From assembly GCF_963921235.1 (NCBI RefSeq), contig NC_086109.1:4590001-4654000 (forward strand): a stretch of 64,000 nucleotides of DNA, given 5' to 3'. The first letter of the stretch is position 1; each line of letters begins with the position of its first letter. The translations under genes were made by a program, and so were the position numbers. The notes under the pieces were generated by a model. That model saw only the letters and a program-made list of their open reading frames with translations. It searched no databases and was not told the DNA's origin. Shown piece after piece: positions 1 to 13,969 of the stretch. Origin of the DNA: Mobula hypostoma. Taxonomy: Eukaryota.

Positions 1-3000
1 AACTCAACTTTTAAAGGATAAAAGTCAATTTTATATCCATGGGGATAAAACAGGTAAATTATTGGCTAACCAAATTAAAACTTCTAGTGCTAAACGACAG
101 ATTAAAGAAATTTGTAAACCTAACGGTAGTATGACAACTGATCATTTAGAAATAAATGATACTTTCAGAGAATATTATTCTAAACTTTATAGCTCTGATC
201 TTCTTAAAGATAATACTATAATGGATAACTTTTTAGACCAAATAAATATCTCTACACTTTCTGTTGATGACCGAAAACAGTTGGATCAATGTATTTCTCA
301 CGAAGAAACAGCCGAAGCTGTACGTTCGTTGCATTCAGGGAAAACTCCAGGTCCTGATGGATTTTCTGGAGAATTTTATTTGGCTTTTTCTTCCTTGCTC
401 ATACCCCATTTATGTTCAGTTTTTTCAGATTCTTTTAAGTTAGGTAGGTTACCACAATCCTTTTACGAAGCTTCTATTTCGCTTATCCTTAAAAAGAATT
501 AGAATCCAACTAAATGTTCTTCATAAGACCAATTTCTCTACTTAACATTGATGCTAAAATTTTATCTAAAGTTCTGGCCCGTAGGATGGAAAATACCTTA
601 CCATCTGTCATTTCTGACGATCAGACTGGCTTTATTAAAAATCGATATTCTTATTTTAATATTCACCAATTATTAAATGTTACTTATTTTCCTTCTAAAG
701 AGATATCGGAGCGTGTGATATCCTTAGACGCTGAGAAGGCTTTTGATCGGGTTGAATAGCATTATTTATTTAAAATTTTAGAAAAATTTAATTTTGGGTC
801 CAACTTTATTCAGTGGATTAAATGACTGTATTTATCCTCTTTTGCTCGGGTTCTTACTAACTCTCAGAATTCTAAACCATTTAAACTTCAATGTGGAACC
901 AGGCAAGGTTGCCCTTTGAGTCTTTTGCTCTTTGACCTGCCTTTAGACCCTTTAGCTATTGCTTTTCAAGAATCTAACGATATCACTGGTATTTTACAGA
1001 AGGGTACTATCCACAAAGTTTCACTTTATGCGGATGATTTATCGCTTTACATTTCCAATGTTGAAACTTCCTTACCTTCTGTGCTTTCCTTACTATCTTG
1101 CTTTAGTCAATTTTCTGGATATAAACTGAACCTACACAAGAGTGAACTCTTTCCTTTGAATAATTTGCCATTAGCTGATATTAATCATCCTTTTAAAATC
1201 GTAAGAAACTAATTCACTTATTTGGGTGTAACAATTAATAAAAATTATAAATATTTATTTAAAGAAAATGTTCTTAATTAAATTATATAAAAAGAACATT
1301 ATCAAATTGGTCGCCCCTTTCGTTATCATTGATTGGCTGAATTAATTATATTAAAATGAATGTTTTACCTAAATTCATATACTTCTTTCAGGCATTGCCC
1401 ATTTTTATCCCTAAATCTTTTTTTGACTCTCTGGACTCTACTTTATTCTCCTATATATGGAAAAATAAATGTCCTCGACTGAATAAAGTCCATCTCCAGA
1501 AAGTTAAAAAGAATGGAGATTTAGTCTTACCAAATTTTAGGTTTTATTACTGGGCAGCTAATATACGGAATCTCATGTTTTGGTTATACTATATTAACCA
1601 CGAGGACTGTCCCAAGTGGGTTTCTTCAGAAGCTAACTCAGTTAATAAATTTTCTATTATCTCCCTATTGGGATCTTTACTTCCTTTATCCTTAAGTAAG
1701 ATAACTGAAAATGTGGTAGTCAAAGATACTTTAAGGATTTGGATACAATTTAGAAAAAACTTTGATTTATTGAGATTCTCCCTTTCTAGTCCTATTTAAA
1801 AAATTTTTTTTAAAGCCTTCTATGGCTGATGTAGTCTTTAAACATTGGGAAGGATTGGGCATTACATGTTTCTGGGATCTGCTTGTGGGAGGAAGTCTTT
1901 CTTTGTTTGAACAATTGTCAACTAAATATAGTTTACCAAAAACCCATTTTTGTCACTCCTTACAAATTAGAGATTTTCTGCAATCTCAATTATATACATT
2001 TCCCAATAGACCTGATAAGAACATATCAGATGAAATTCTTAATATGAAACCATTCTATAATGGTTCAATATCCAGTATTTATGACATGTTGTTGGGAATG
2101 AGAAATGATTCTTCAGACAAGATTAAAAATCTCTGGGAACAAGATTTACAGACCTCAATTTCTGAAGAAACTTGGAATGAGATTTTTAAATTGGTTAATA
2201 CTTCATCGCTATGTGCTCGTCATTCCTTCCTACAATTTAAAGTGGTTCATAGGGCTTATATGACCAAGGATAAATAATCTTGTTTTTATAGAGATCCATC
2301 TCCCTATTGTGATAGATGTAACAATGGAGAAGCTTCACTTATTCATATGTTTTGGACTTGCCCAAGTGTTGGAAAATATTGGAAGGAAATATTTCAAACG
2401 TTTTCTGTACTCTTTAAAGTAAATTTTAAGCCTAATCCTTTGACTGCCCTATTTGGTATTGTTGGAAGGAAAGATATCATTTTGAAGACATCTGATCTGC
2501 ACATTCTGGCTTTTATCTCTCTTACGGCTAGAAGGGTGCTTTTGTGTCTATGGAAGGATGCTGTTCCACCTAATCATGCTCAGTGGTTACGGGATGTTAT
2601 GGCATGCCTAAATTTAGAAATTGTTCAATTTCTGAATCTAACCAAGATTTTCAAAATTTGTGGAGGCCGTTTTTAAATTATTTTCATAATCTTTGATTTC
2701 TTGTTAAAGTAAAGAAGGTGGTTAATAGTATATTTTATTATCTGATGAATTTCTTTTTTCTTTTTTTTCCCCAAACAGCTTCGGCTTTGGTACTGGGTGT
2801 AGATTTTTTTTTCTTAATAAAATTGTTTATATTCCAATATACGAACTAATTTAATCCATATGAATATAGAGTAAGGAGTTTGTTAATGTGATTCAATATA
2901 CTGTATCTGGTATTATTATATTTTGTTTTTTGTTTTATAACATGTATTCTCTTGAACTCTGTATTCTTATATATATATAGAAATCAAATTAATAAAAATA

Positions 3001-3030
3001 TTGAAAAAAAAATAAATAAAAAACAAAAAG
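1..3030 (+). mobile_element. L1-clade LINE, degraded ORF2 (RT and C-terminal Cys-rich region) plus 3' UTR and A-rich tail
   Basis: ORF fragments [45 protein letters not shown] with many stops/frameshifts; related to the L1 at 50475-56337. Confidence 0.93.
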
Positions 3031-3252
3031 AAATGATTATTGATTTTAGGAAATCAAGAAGGTATGAGCAAGCTTCACTACTCATAAGCAGTGAAACTAT
3101 GGAAAGGGACTCCAGCTTTAAGTTCTTGGGAGTGAACACCACAAAGCAGCTCCCTTGAACCACCAACACCTCCTTGATAACCCAGAAGGCTCAGCAATGC
3201 CCATATTATCTTTCAGTTTAAAGAGAGCAAATCTGCCCCGAAAGTTGCTGGT

Positions 3253-4180
3253 AAACACTGGTGCACCTCAGGAGTGTTTGCTTAGCCCACTGTTCTACTT
3301 TCTCTATACCGATGACTGTGTGACTAGGCATAGCTTAAATACCATCTGTAAATTTGCTGATGATACCGCCATTGGTGGTAGAATCTCAGATGGTAACGAG
3401 AGGGCATACAGGTGCGATATATGCCAACTAGTGGAGTGGTGTAGCAGCAACAACCTGGCACTCAATGTCAGTAAGACAAAAGAGCTGTTTGTGGACTTCA
3501 GGAAGGGTAAGACAAAGGAACACATACCAATCCTCATAGAGGGATCAGAAGTGGAGAGAGTGAGCAGTTTCAAGATCTCTGAGGACCTAACCTGGTCCCA
3601 ACATATTGGTGCAGCCACAAAGAAGGCAAGACAGTCACTATACTTCATTAGGATGTACTGTGGACAGCATTCTGACAGGCTGCATCACTGTCTGGTACGG
3701 GGGGGGGGGGTAGGTGCTGGGGCTACTGCAAAGTACCAAAAGAAACTGCGGAGGGTGGTAAATTTAATCGGCTCCATCTTGGGCACGAACCTACAAATAC
3801 CCAGGACTTCGAGGAGCGGTGTCTCAGAAAGGCAGTGTCCATTATTAAGGCCTTCTGGCACCCAGAGCATGCCCTTTTCTCACTGCTACCATCAGGTAGG
3901 AGGTACAGAAACCTGAAGGCACACACTCAGCGATTCAGGAACAGCTTCTTCCCCTCTGCCATCCCATTCCTAAACGGGCATTGAACCCGTGAACACTACC
4001 TCACTTTTTAAATATGTATTATTCTGTTTTTGCATGATTTTTAACTATTCATTATACATATACCGTAATTGACTTGCTTATTTATTATTTTTTCTTCTAT
4101 ATTATGTATTGCATTGAACTGCTGCTGCTAAGTTAACAAATTTTACGTCACATGCTGGTGATAATAAACCTGACTCTGAT
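3253..4180 (+). mobile_element. Rex1/Babar-type LINE, 3' fragment
   Basis: [34 protein letters not shown]; same family as 26160-27690. Confidence 0.85.
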
Positions 4181-5045
4181 CGTGTCATTGAAAATACACT
4201 GACCTACTGCATGATAGTGTGGCACACCAGCTGCAACAGGATCGACCAAAAAGCACTTCAATGAGTGAGCAGGACTAAACAGAACATCAGTGGGGCACAA
4301 CTATCCGATATGGAAACCATCTGCAAATGACGATATCTACGCTGTCACATAAAATCATGATGGACTCATCCCACCCCAGTTCATCCTGCAGGCGATAGAG
4401 AAACATCCCTGCACAGACATTCAGACTGAAAAACGGCTTTTTCCCCAGGGCTGTCATACAACTGAACAATGACACATCCACACATTGTCCACAGGCACCA
4501 TGGACAATCTCCAAGTGAAGTTAATGGGTATAATAATACCTGACGTGATTTTATGCTGAATCATCGTGTTTTATCAGATGGGCACATGCAACACTTGAAT
4601 AGGGCAGACACTGTTTCTCTTAATTTTAGAGTGGTTTGTTTTTATTTGCTAGTGGTTTGACTAGCTGGTAGAACAAAGGGATCTCGGAATACAGGTCCAT
4701 AATTCATTGAAAGTTACAGCATAGGTTTGTAAAGAAAGCTTTTGGCACAATTTGAATCATAAATCAATGTACGAGTACAGGAGATGGGATGTTATGTTGA
4801 CGTTGCATAAGAAGTTGGTGAGGCCTAATTTGGAGTACTGTGTGCAGTTTTGGTGGCCTACATACAGTTAAGATGTAAATTATATTGAAAGAGTACAGAG
4901 AAAATTTCCAAGGATAGTGCTGGGCCTGGAGGATCTGGTTATAACAATTGACTAGGTTAGGACTTTGTTCCCTACAATTCCCTGAAACGTAGAACGTTGA
5001 GAGGAGATTTGAAAGGTATGTAATATTACAAGGGGTACAGATAGT

Positions 5046-6554
5046 ATTTTAAAATCTGAAGTTCATAATGCAATAAATAAGATGAAGAAAGGAAAGGCAG
5101 CAGGACCTGATGAATTAGTAATAGAACAAATTATCGCCCTTGAAGATTATGGAATTGAAAAACTTACTGATTTAATCAATGACACTTATGAGACTGAAAT
5201 AATACCAGAAGAGATGGAAAAAAAAATCAGCATTTATCACTCTTCCTAAGAAACCTGGAGCAATAGAATGTGAATTACATAGGACCATAAGTTTAATGAG
5301 TCACATCACCAAGATACTTCTAAGAATTTTGATGACAAGAACTAAAAGTAAGATACAAGCTGAAATAGGTAAAGAACAATGTGGTTTTGTGAAAGACGAA
5401 GGTACAAGAAACACAATATTGATGTTAAGAATACTTTCAGAACGAGCTATTCAAGTGCAAAAAGATTTGTTTGTTTTATCGACTACACAGAAGCATTTGA
5501 TAAAGTGAAGCACAATAAGTTATTTGAAATATTACAGGAAACTCTAGATCTAGATTCGAAAGACCTCCACCTAATCAGAAATCTGTACTGGGAACAAACT
5601 GCCACTGTAAGAATAGATGGAGAAGTGAGTCAGTTTACAAAAATCGAGAGAGGCGTTAGACAAGGGTGTGTTTTCTCCCGATTTGTTTAATGTGTACAGT
5701 GAAACAATATTACAAAAAATAAGAGACATCTTGGGAATCAATGTTGGCGGTGAAAACATCAACGATTTCAGATATGTGGATGACGCTGTGTTAATTGCAA
5801 GTACCGAGGAAGAACTACAAAACTTAATTGATATAGTTGTTGAAGAAAGAGCAGAAATGGGTCTATTTATCAATTGCAAAAAGACAGAAAATGTATGGTG
5901 ATATCCAAAAAGAAGGAGAATCCTATCTGCAAGCTGAAAGTAAATAGGGAAGACATGAAACAAGTACAGAACTTTTGCTACTTAGGAAGCTGGGTAACAT
6001 CAAAGGCAGGTGCGACATGGACATCAAAAGAAGAATAGGGATGGCAAAAGACACCTTTATGAGAATGAAGCATATACTGACCAACACTAAACTAGGCATG
6101 ACAACCTGCCTCAGAGTACTGAAATGTTACGTTTATCCAGTTACGTTATATGGCTCAGAATGTTGGACAATATCTAGTAACATGAGGAAACAAATTGAAG
6201 CAGCAGAGATGTGGTTTTTGAGGAGGATGCAAAGAATATCATGGACAAAACGAATATCGAACGGGATGTCACGAACAGAGCAAGCACAAGAAGAGAAATA
6301 ATGTATAAGATCATGAAAAGGCAACATGACTTCATTGGACATGTGATTAGGAAAGAGGAGTTAGAATGCATAGTAACTATGGGAAAGATTGAAGGGAAGA
6401 AAGCAAGAAGAAGGCAAAGACAAATGATGATGGAGACAGCAGCCAGCGAACTGGAAATGAATACCAATGAATTGATCCACTTGACCCGAAACAGGAGTGT
6501 GTGGGCCATGGCAGTCAAAGCTCAAACTGAGCATGGCACCTGCCGATGATGATG
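5046..6554 (+). mobile_element. RTE-clade LINE, 5'-truncated, nested in a CR1 remnant (~4680-6870)
   Basis: GKAAGPD, EQCGF, GVRQGC, FRYVDD, LYGSECW; (TGA)n tail; TSD ACAGATAGT at 5037-5045 and 6555-6563. Confidence 0.85.
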
Positions 6555-7049
6555 ACAGATAGTGGAAAAAGCCTGCTTGCATTCACCCTAAAGCTGGGTG
6601 GGACTACAACTAGAGGTCATGGGTGAAAGGTGAAAAGTTTAACGGGAACATGAGGGGAATCTTCTTCACTCAAAGGGTCGTGAGAGAGTGTGGAATAAGC
6701 TGTCAGCACAAGTGATCCATGTGAGCTCGATTTCAACATTTAAGTGAAGTTCGAATAGGTACATGGATGGAGGGCTAATGGTCCCGTGCGGGTCGATGGG
6801 ATTAGGCAGTTTAAATATGTCGGCACGGACTAGATGGGCCAAAGGGCCTGTTTCGGTGCTCTGACTCTTAAGTAGACAAGAGGGTAATGCAACCGCTGGC
6901 ACAATTGGTGTTAATCAGCCGGTGGTCTGAGTATAGAGTTGGCACGTCGTGTTACAGCCACCCCAAATGTCAAAATCTCCTTAGACGCGAGGAAGTGGCA
7001 CCACAGAACCCTGACTCAGCTCACGGGAATGCCGAGAGATTCTCAGCCA

Positions 7050-7430
7050 GCACAGGAACTGTGCCGATCTCCCGGAGCCGACCGCTAAAGCTCCACTACT
7101 GCCGGGCAGCAGAGAGCACCCACCCCGGCCCCAGACACAGGCCTTCCCAGCCCACTCCCTAACCACCAACACTCCAGCCCGGGTACCCAGAACCCGTCCC
7201 CTTCCCGACCGGCACCACTGAGCCCCAGCTCACCTGCCGCCAGGGCCCTCGCCACCATCGCCCAGAGCAAACCGAACAGCAACACCACCACCGCCGCCAT
7301 GGTCGCAAACGGAAATTACCGCACCCTGACCGAGAGGTGCGCCTGCGCTCTGGGCTGAGGCCGGGACACGGTGCCGCCATGCTTCATACTGGCGCGCTGA
7401 GCCTCTGGGCTGCCAGGCAGGCGTGACTGA
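7050..7430 (-). promoter_or_regulatory. CpG island / TATA-less promoter of the second gene
   Basis: Sharp GC/CpG enrichment around the ATG; NRF1-like TGCGCCTGCGC at 7338-7348; YY1-like AAGCATGGCGGC (minus) around 7373-7384; ETS-like CGGAAAT near 7310. Confidence 0.65.
7234..7300 (-). CDS. First coding exon (signal peptide MAAVVVLLFGLLWAMVARALAA) of a second gene continuing beyond position 1
   Basis: Kozak gcgaccATGG; 22 codons + 1 nt; hydrophobic core ending in small residues (ALA-A); donor GCAG|gtgagc (phase 1); lies in a CpG island. Confidence 0.75.
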
Positions 7431-7434
7431 GCCC

Positions 7435-8900
7435 AGGGAAAATGCTGGAGGAACTCAGCAGGCCAGGAAGCATCTGTGGAAAAGAGTCAGCGGCCGAGAC
7501 CCTTCATCAAGTCTGGGCAAGAAGGGGAGAAGTCAGATAAAGAAGGTGCGGGTAGAGAGGGAAGATGTAGCAGGTGGTAGGTGAAACCGGGAGTCAAGTA
7601 AAGAGCTGGGAAGTTGATCGGTGAAAGAGATAAAGGGCTGGGGTGGGGGCGAGGAAGAAAGGGAAGTGATGGACAGGTAAGGAGATAAGGTGAGAGAGGG
7701 AAGTAGGAATAGTGAAGAAGAGGAGGTGGTGGGGGTAATTACTGGCAGTTCGAGAAATCGATGTTCATGCCATCAGGTTGGAGGCTACCTAGACGGAATA
7801 CAAGGTGTTGCTCCTCCAACCTGAGTGCGGCCTCATTGTGGCAGTTGAGGTCCTGGACTGCCACGTCGGAACGGGAATGAGAAGTGGAATTGAAATGGGT
7901 GCCGCTGGGAAATCCTCCTAGCTGTGGCACACGGAGCGTAGGGAGCGTAGGGGGTGCTCGGCGGAGCGCTCTCCGAATCTGCGCTGCGTATCACTGACAT
8001 ACGGGAGCAGGGATCGGTCCCTCCGCGACTCCCTGGGCCACACGCCCCTCCCCACGGATCTCCCACCTGGCACTTATCCCTGTAAGCTTGTCCCTACACC
8101 TCCTCTCTTGCCACCATTCAGGGCCCCAAACAGTCCTTCCAAGTGAGGCAACACTTCACTTGTGAGTCTGTTGGGGTCATCTATTGCATCCGGTGTGGCC
8201 TCCTCTACATCGGTGAAACCCGACGCAGATTGGGGGACCGCTTCGTCGAGCACCTCCGCTCCATCCGCCAAAACAGACAGGATCTCCCAGTAGCCACCCA
8301 CTTCAACTCTGCTTCCCACTCCCATTTGGATATGTCCATACATGGCCTCCTCTACTGCCATGATGAGGCTAAAGTCAGGTTGGAGGACCAACAGCTCATA
8401 TACCGTCTAGGTAATCTCCAGCCCCTTGGTATGAACATAGAATTCTCCAACTTCCGGTAATTCCCTCCCCCTCCCTTCCTCTATCCCTATTTCATTCTGC
8501 CCCCTCCCCCAGCTGCCTATCACCTCCCTCATGGTTCCGCCTCCTTCTACTACCCATTGTGTTTTCCCCTATTCTTTCTTCGCCTTTCCTGCCTGTCACC
8601 TCCCTGCTTCCCCTCCCTCTCCCCTTTATCTTTGCCCTTACTGGTTTTTCACCTGGAACCTACCAGCCTTCTCCTTCCCACCCTCCCCCCACCTTCTTTA
8701 CAGGGCCTCTGCCCTTCTCTCTACAGTCCTGACGAAGGGTTTCGTCCCAAAACGTTGACTGATCGTTTCCACCGATGCTGCCCGACCTGCTGAGTTCCTC
8801 CAGCGTGTTGCGAGTGTTACCAGATACAGCCGATGACAGCAACAGACTCGCAGGTGAAGTGCCGCCTCACCTGGAAGGACTGGTAGCGAGGGAGGTGTAG
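7435..8900. mobile_element. Penelope-like elements (GIY-YIG endonuclease 3' ends): plus copy ~8040-8820 nested in a minus copy
   Basis: ORF 8143..8460 VIYCIRCGLLYIGETRRRLGDRFVEH...HFN...GMNIEFSNF; reverse homolog in ORF 7739..7930, resuming after 8820. Confidence 0.85.
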
Positions 8901-9513
8901 GGGCAGTGGTGGTACCGGGAGGGAGACCGGTGCAGACTGTGACCATTCGAGCACAAATCCTCAATATGTCCGTGTGTGAGGAGGCTCCCGAGCTACCCTT
9001 CCTTAAGGCTGTGGATCACGGTGCTCCCCCTGTGAACCGATGCCCTGAGCTGTAATTGTCACAACCCGGTGTCGTTTTAATGTTTTTTTCAGTTAGTATG
9101 TCGATTGTATTTTCCCGGTGTAATCACGTCAGTATGCAGCGTTCATTGTATTGTTTACTGTCTACCTGCACCTCGACCCCTTGCCATTCACTCCAGGCAC
9201 GCTCACGCTCCCTGATCTCCCACCGCACACCTCCCCTGGCCCCCCGGGCGCGCTCCCGGTCCTCGACCCACGTCAGTCCCGGCGCGCCCCCGATCCTCCA
9301 CCGCTCGGCGCATTCCCGCTCCCTGACCCCCACCACCCACCCTGAACTACTGAGAATTAAATTGAGCCCCTGAGCCAAATTGCTGCCAGACGGGGCGGCG
9401 GGAGTGGGGAGGAGGGGGCATGAGCGGCTGGAAGGAGTGAGGACACCAGACAGTCTGTACAGAGTACCGGCGCTGGGAGGTGGAGCCCATGTGCTGAATG
9501 AACCCAGCGGGCT

Positions 9514-9515
<2 letters not shown>

Positions 9516-9548
<33 letters not shown>

Positions 9549-9770
9549 TGTCTTTGTGCGTGTGTTTGTGTCTGTGTGTGTGTGTTTTTGTGTGAGTGTG
9601 CGTGTGTCTGTCTGTGTATGTGTGTGTATATCTTTGTGTGTGTGTATGTCTTTGTGTGTGTGTGTCTGTGTGTATGTATGTGTGTCTCTGTGGGTGTGCG
9701 TGTGTCTGTGTGTGTACGTCTTTGTGTGGGTGGGTGTGTGTGTGTGTGTGCACACACACGGGGGGGGGGG
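9516..9770 (+). repeat. Degenerate (TG)n microsatellite ending in short (CA)n and poly-G
   Basis: Directly visible. Confidence 0.95.
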
Positions 9771-9869
9771 TGGGCGTGTACGAAATAGGCAGTCGACACT
9801 TCGGGTCTTGAAATCAGAGGAGAGGGCTCAACCCAAACGGCGAAGGACGGGTTCTATCTTACTGTTGAA

Positions 9870-12230
9870 ATTGGTTTATTATTTTTATTAACAAAACAAG
9901 AATAAACCGCTCCATAACTTTTCATTCTTTACTCACGTGGTCAATGCTTTCCATCTTGTCCTGCATTGCTTCCACTCATGTGGCACCCTAAGGTTTTTAT
10001 TAAATACTACAGTATTTGTGTGGCTTCTTCCCTCAGCCCGGCTCCTCCCTCTCTAGAAGATAGGCCCTAAACCGTGGTCCTTCCATTCCGATTCTCTGTG
10101 GTGGGATGTTTGTCTCCGTGGTCGTCCCCGGGAACAGCCCGTAGATCAGAGAGTCCTCTGTTATGCAGCAGCTCAGGGGACCTTTCATCTTCCTCCACAG
10201 CTTCTTCCCCAAACCCACCGTGTGCGAGGAGGTGAGTCACTGTCTCTTCCCCACTACAGGCACCCTTCGGGCAGCGGGAGCAAGCCCTGAGTGGGAGGCA
10301 GCTATCGCCAGATAACCAGGTTCTTTCCAGTTATCGAAAGGGAGCGCACTTTCCACAGTCCCAGTTTCTGCTTTACACTGCCAGTCCACTCCAGCCGATT
10401 TTTGTCGCACGCCTCAGCCCCTCTGAATCAGATCCCCAGCACCTTCACCTAATCGGACCTGACGGTGAAGGGGACCCTGGATTGGTCGGGCCAGTTGCTG
10501 AAGAGCATGGCCTCCCCAATCGTGCGGTTGACCCTGGCCCCCGATGCTAGCTCAAACTGGTCGCAGATGCTGATTAAACTGCAAACTGACCTCGGATCAG
10601 AGTAGAAGATGGTGACATCATCCATGTACAGGGAGGTTTTCACTTGGGTCCCTCCACTGCCTGGCAGCGTCACCCCTCGTGCTCTCATCGCTCCTGATGG
10701 CTTTGGCGAAAGGTTCGGTACAGCACACCAACAAGACGGGAGCGAGGGCAGCCCTGCCTGACTCCAGAGTTGATGGGGAAGTTATCTGTTTCCCACCCAT
10801 TAACTTGGACTGAACTACAGATGTCTGTGTGGAGCGGTTGGATCCAATTCCTGATTCCCTCCACAGATCCCATTTTGGAGAGTATTTCCATCACGTGTGA
10901 TATCCTGTCAAAGGCTTACTCCTGGTTCAAGCTGACCAGGCAGGTGTCCACCCCCAGTCTGATACAGAGATGATGGCGTCCCTCGGCAGCACAAGTCTGT
11001 CAAAGATCTTCCTGCTAGGTACAGCAAAGGTTTAGTCACCTGACCCAGAACAGACCTGACTGTGTTGGTGATGGTGGCCAGGATCTTACGGTCCACACTC
11101 AAGAGCGAAATGGGTCTCCACTTCCTGATGTCATCTCTTTTCCCCTTCTGCCTGGAGATGAGGGCATAGATGCCCTTCCTCATGGAGTCCGGCATGCTGC
11201 CGGCTAGAAGCATAGCACTGTACACTTCCAGCAGATCTAGGCCCATTCAGTCCCATGGAGCCAAGTACAATTCAACTGGGAAGCCCGGTAAGTTTCCAGG
11301 AGTTTTACTCGAGTCAAAGGAAAGGATGGAGCCAGTCAGCTCATCCAGGGTCAGTGACTGGTCCAGACTCTCTTGCTGCCACCTATTACTTGTATGATAG
11401 ACGGCAGGAAGTTCTAGGAGACTGTGGCCTTTCTGTCACACAGACTGGCATAGAAGGACTGACAGAGCCTCATATGGCCTTCTTTGAGTATGCTACTGAG
11501 CCGCCCTCCTCCTCAAGTCTGGATCATAGAGCTCCCCTGTGAACCTTTCTGGTCTTCCCGTAGGTGACAACAGGCTCGCACAAGGCAGCAGTCAGAGAAG
11601 GGCACCGGCGTGACGTCAGTGGACCTGACCATGATGGGCTCTGATAGGAACAGGAAGTCGATCCATGATTGGTCTGGGCCACCTGATTGTGACCAGGTGG
11701 GTTGCGGCTGTGCTCCACCTGTGGGGGTGACAGAGGCGTTATGCAGCGTGGCTATTTTCAGCACTTCCTTCAGGGATCTGTTGGTACGATCCAGCCTGCT
11801 CTCAGTGCTACTGGATCATCGAGCCGCATCAACGATGCACTTGAAGTCTCCAGCCAAGTGACCGGCTGCCACGTCGCCGGTAGCAGTGGGAGCTGATCAA
11901 GGACGACCAGCCGCTCACTCCACGTGGCTGTGGCGTACATGTTGATTAGCCGGAGTGAAGTGTTTCGGTACTTTACATCCGCCACCATGAGGTGCCCCCA
12001 ACTACCGCTGACTCAGGTGATTGAGAAGTTGCCTCCCCACAGCAGAATCCCCAGGCCAGAAGTATTGCAGTCATTGCCCCCCAACCACACAGACAAAGGC
12101 TGGGACCACCATCTCAACTGCCTTTGGTAGTTGCAGAGGTGTGGTAGCCTGTACTCCTGTAAAGCACTGACGTATTGCCCAGTTTGCTTAACACTATGCA
12201 CATTTAAAGTTGCCAGTTTTAAGTCCATTA
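9870..12230 (-). mobile_element. Tx1-like (L1 clade) LINE, degraded ORF2
   Basis: LKLATLNV (APE EN start), SWIDFLFLS, WRPISLL, SGVRQGCP, SLYMDDVTI spread over several frames. Confidence 0.8.
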
Positions 12231-12371
12231 TTTGCCCCTAATTTACCTGTCACTCAGCCTGAGCCATCACACCCATAGCTTTAGTAAACTGATGCACCTT
12301 TGTGCCCCAGGTGTTGATGATGTGACTGGTGGGGTAAATGTTGTTGTACAGGTATGTCAGACAAATATGTA

Positions 12372-13969
12372 CAGTTGCAAGAAAAAGTTTGTGAACCCTT
12401 TGCAATTACCTGGTTTTCTGCATTAATTATTCATAAAATGTGATCTGATTGTCATCTAAGTCACAAGAATAGACAAACACAATCTGCCTAAACTAATAAA
12501 ACGCAATTGTACTTCTTCTCGTCAATATTGAGTACTCCATTTAAACAATCACAGTCCAAGTTGAAAAAGTATGTGAACCTCTTGTGTAATGCCTTCTACA
12601 AAAGCTACTTGAAGTTTGGTGTTCCAATCAATGAGATGAGATTGGAGGTGTGGGTTGTAGAGGTGCCCTGGCCTATTAAAAAAGACACACAAAGTCAGGT
12701 TACTGACAGAGCCAGCTCTCCTCAACAGAGATGTGTTTACGTGCACCATGCCTTGATCCAAACAACTTGCAGAGGACCTTATATAGATGCATTATAGAGA
12801 TGCATGAAGCTGGAAAACACAGCAAAAGAATTTCTAAAGACCTGAGTGTTCATCATTCCACAGCAAGAGAAATTGTCCACAAATGGAGGAAATTCAGTAC
12901 TGTTGATATTCTCTCTAAGAGTGGGCGTCCTGCAAAGATCACACCAAGAGTACAACGAGTAATGCTGAAGGAAGTGAAAACGAACCCCAGGGTAACAGTA
13001 AAAGGCCTGCAGAAATCTCTAATACCTGCTAAAGTCTCTGTTCATGAGTCCACTATAAGAAAAAACACAGAACAAGAATGGTGTTTATGGAAGGGCACCA
13101 CAGGGGGAACCACTGCTCTCCAAAAAAATGTTACTGCACTTCTCGAGTTTGCAAAAGACCACCTGGATGTTCCACAATGCTTTTAGGACAATATTCTGTG
13201 CACAGATGAGACAAAAGTTGAACTTTTTGGGAGAAATGGACACCACTATGTGTGTGTGGAAAAGGGCACTGCACACCACCACCAAAACTTCATCCCAACG
13301 GTGAAGCATGGTGGAAGGTGCATCATGGTTTTGGGGCTGCTTCACTGCCTCAGGGTCTGGACAGCTTGCAATCGTTGAGGGAACAATGAATTCAAAATGA
13401 TAACAACACATTTTACTGGAGAATGTCAAGGAAGGAGTCTGTCAACTGAAGCTAAATAGAAGTTGGATGATGCAACAAGACAATGATCTGAATCACCAGA
13501 GAAAATCAACAACAGAATGGTTTTTAAAAAAAAGAAAATTTGAGTTTTGTAATGGCTAAGTCAGAGCCAGACCTTAACCCGAATGAGATGCCATGGAACG
13601 ACCTTAAGAGGCCTGTTCATGTGACGTATCCCAGAAACATTGATGAACTAAAACAGTTTTGTATGGAGGAATAGTCTAAAATTCCTCCTCACCGTTGTCC
13701 AAGTCAGACCAGCAGCAGCAGGAAACATTTGGTGGAGGTTATTGCTGCTCAAGGAAGTTCTATCAGTTATTAAATTCAAGAGTTCACACACTTTTTCCAG
13801 CCTGGACCATAAATGATTAAACAAGCTGTTCCATAAAGACATGAAAAGTACAATTGTTTGTGTGTTATTAGTCTAGGAAGATTGTGTTTGTCCATTATTG
13901 TGACTTATAAGATGCAGTCTGATCTTCATCTAAGTAAATTAATGCAGAAAACCAGGCAATTACAAACTG
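12372..13969 (+). mobile_element. Tc1-like DNA transposon, full-length but with a decayed transposase
   Basis: TA|CAGTT...AACTG|TA with long imperfect inverted ends; paired-like HTH with SGRPAK (ORF 12731..13186); TDETKVELFG, TVKHGGG and QQDND catalytic motifs broken by stops. Confidence 0.9.

Noticed and set aside
8143..8460. GIY-YIG nuclease as a domesticated or defence gene
   Set aside because: It is the truncated 3' end of a Penelope-like retroelement with several decayed relatives in the window.
9124..9891. Several His/Thr-rich and Cys/Val-rich ORFs
   Set aside because: Translation artefacts of the (TG)n microsatellite.
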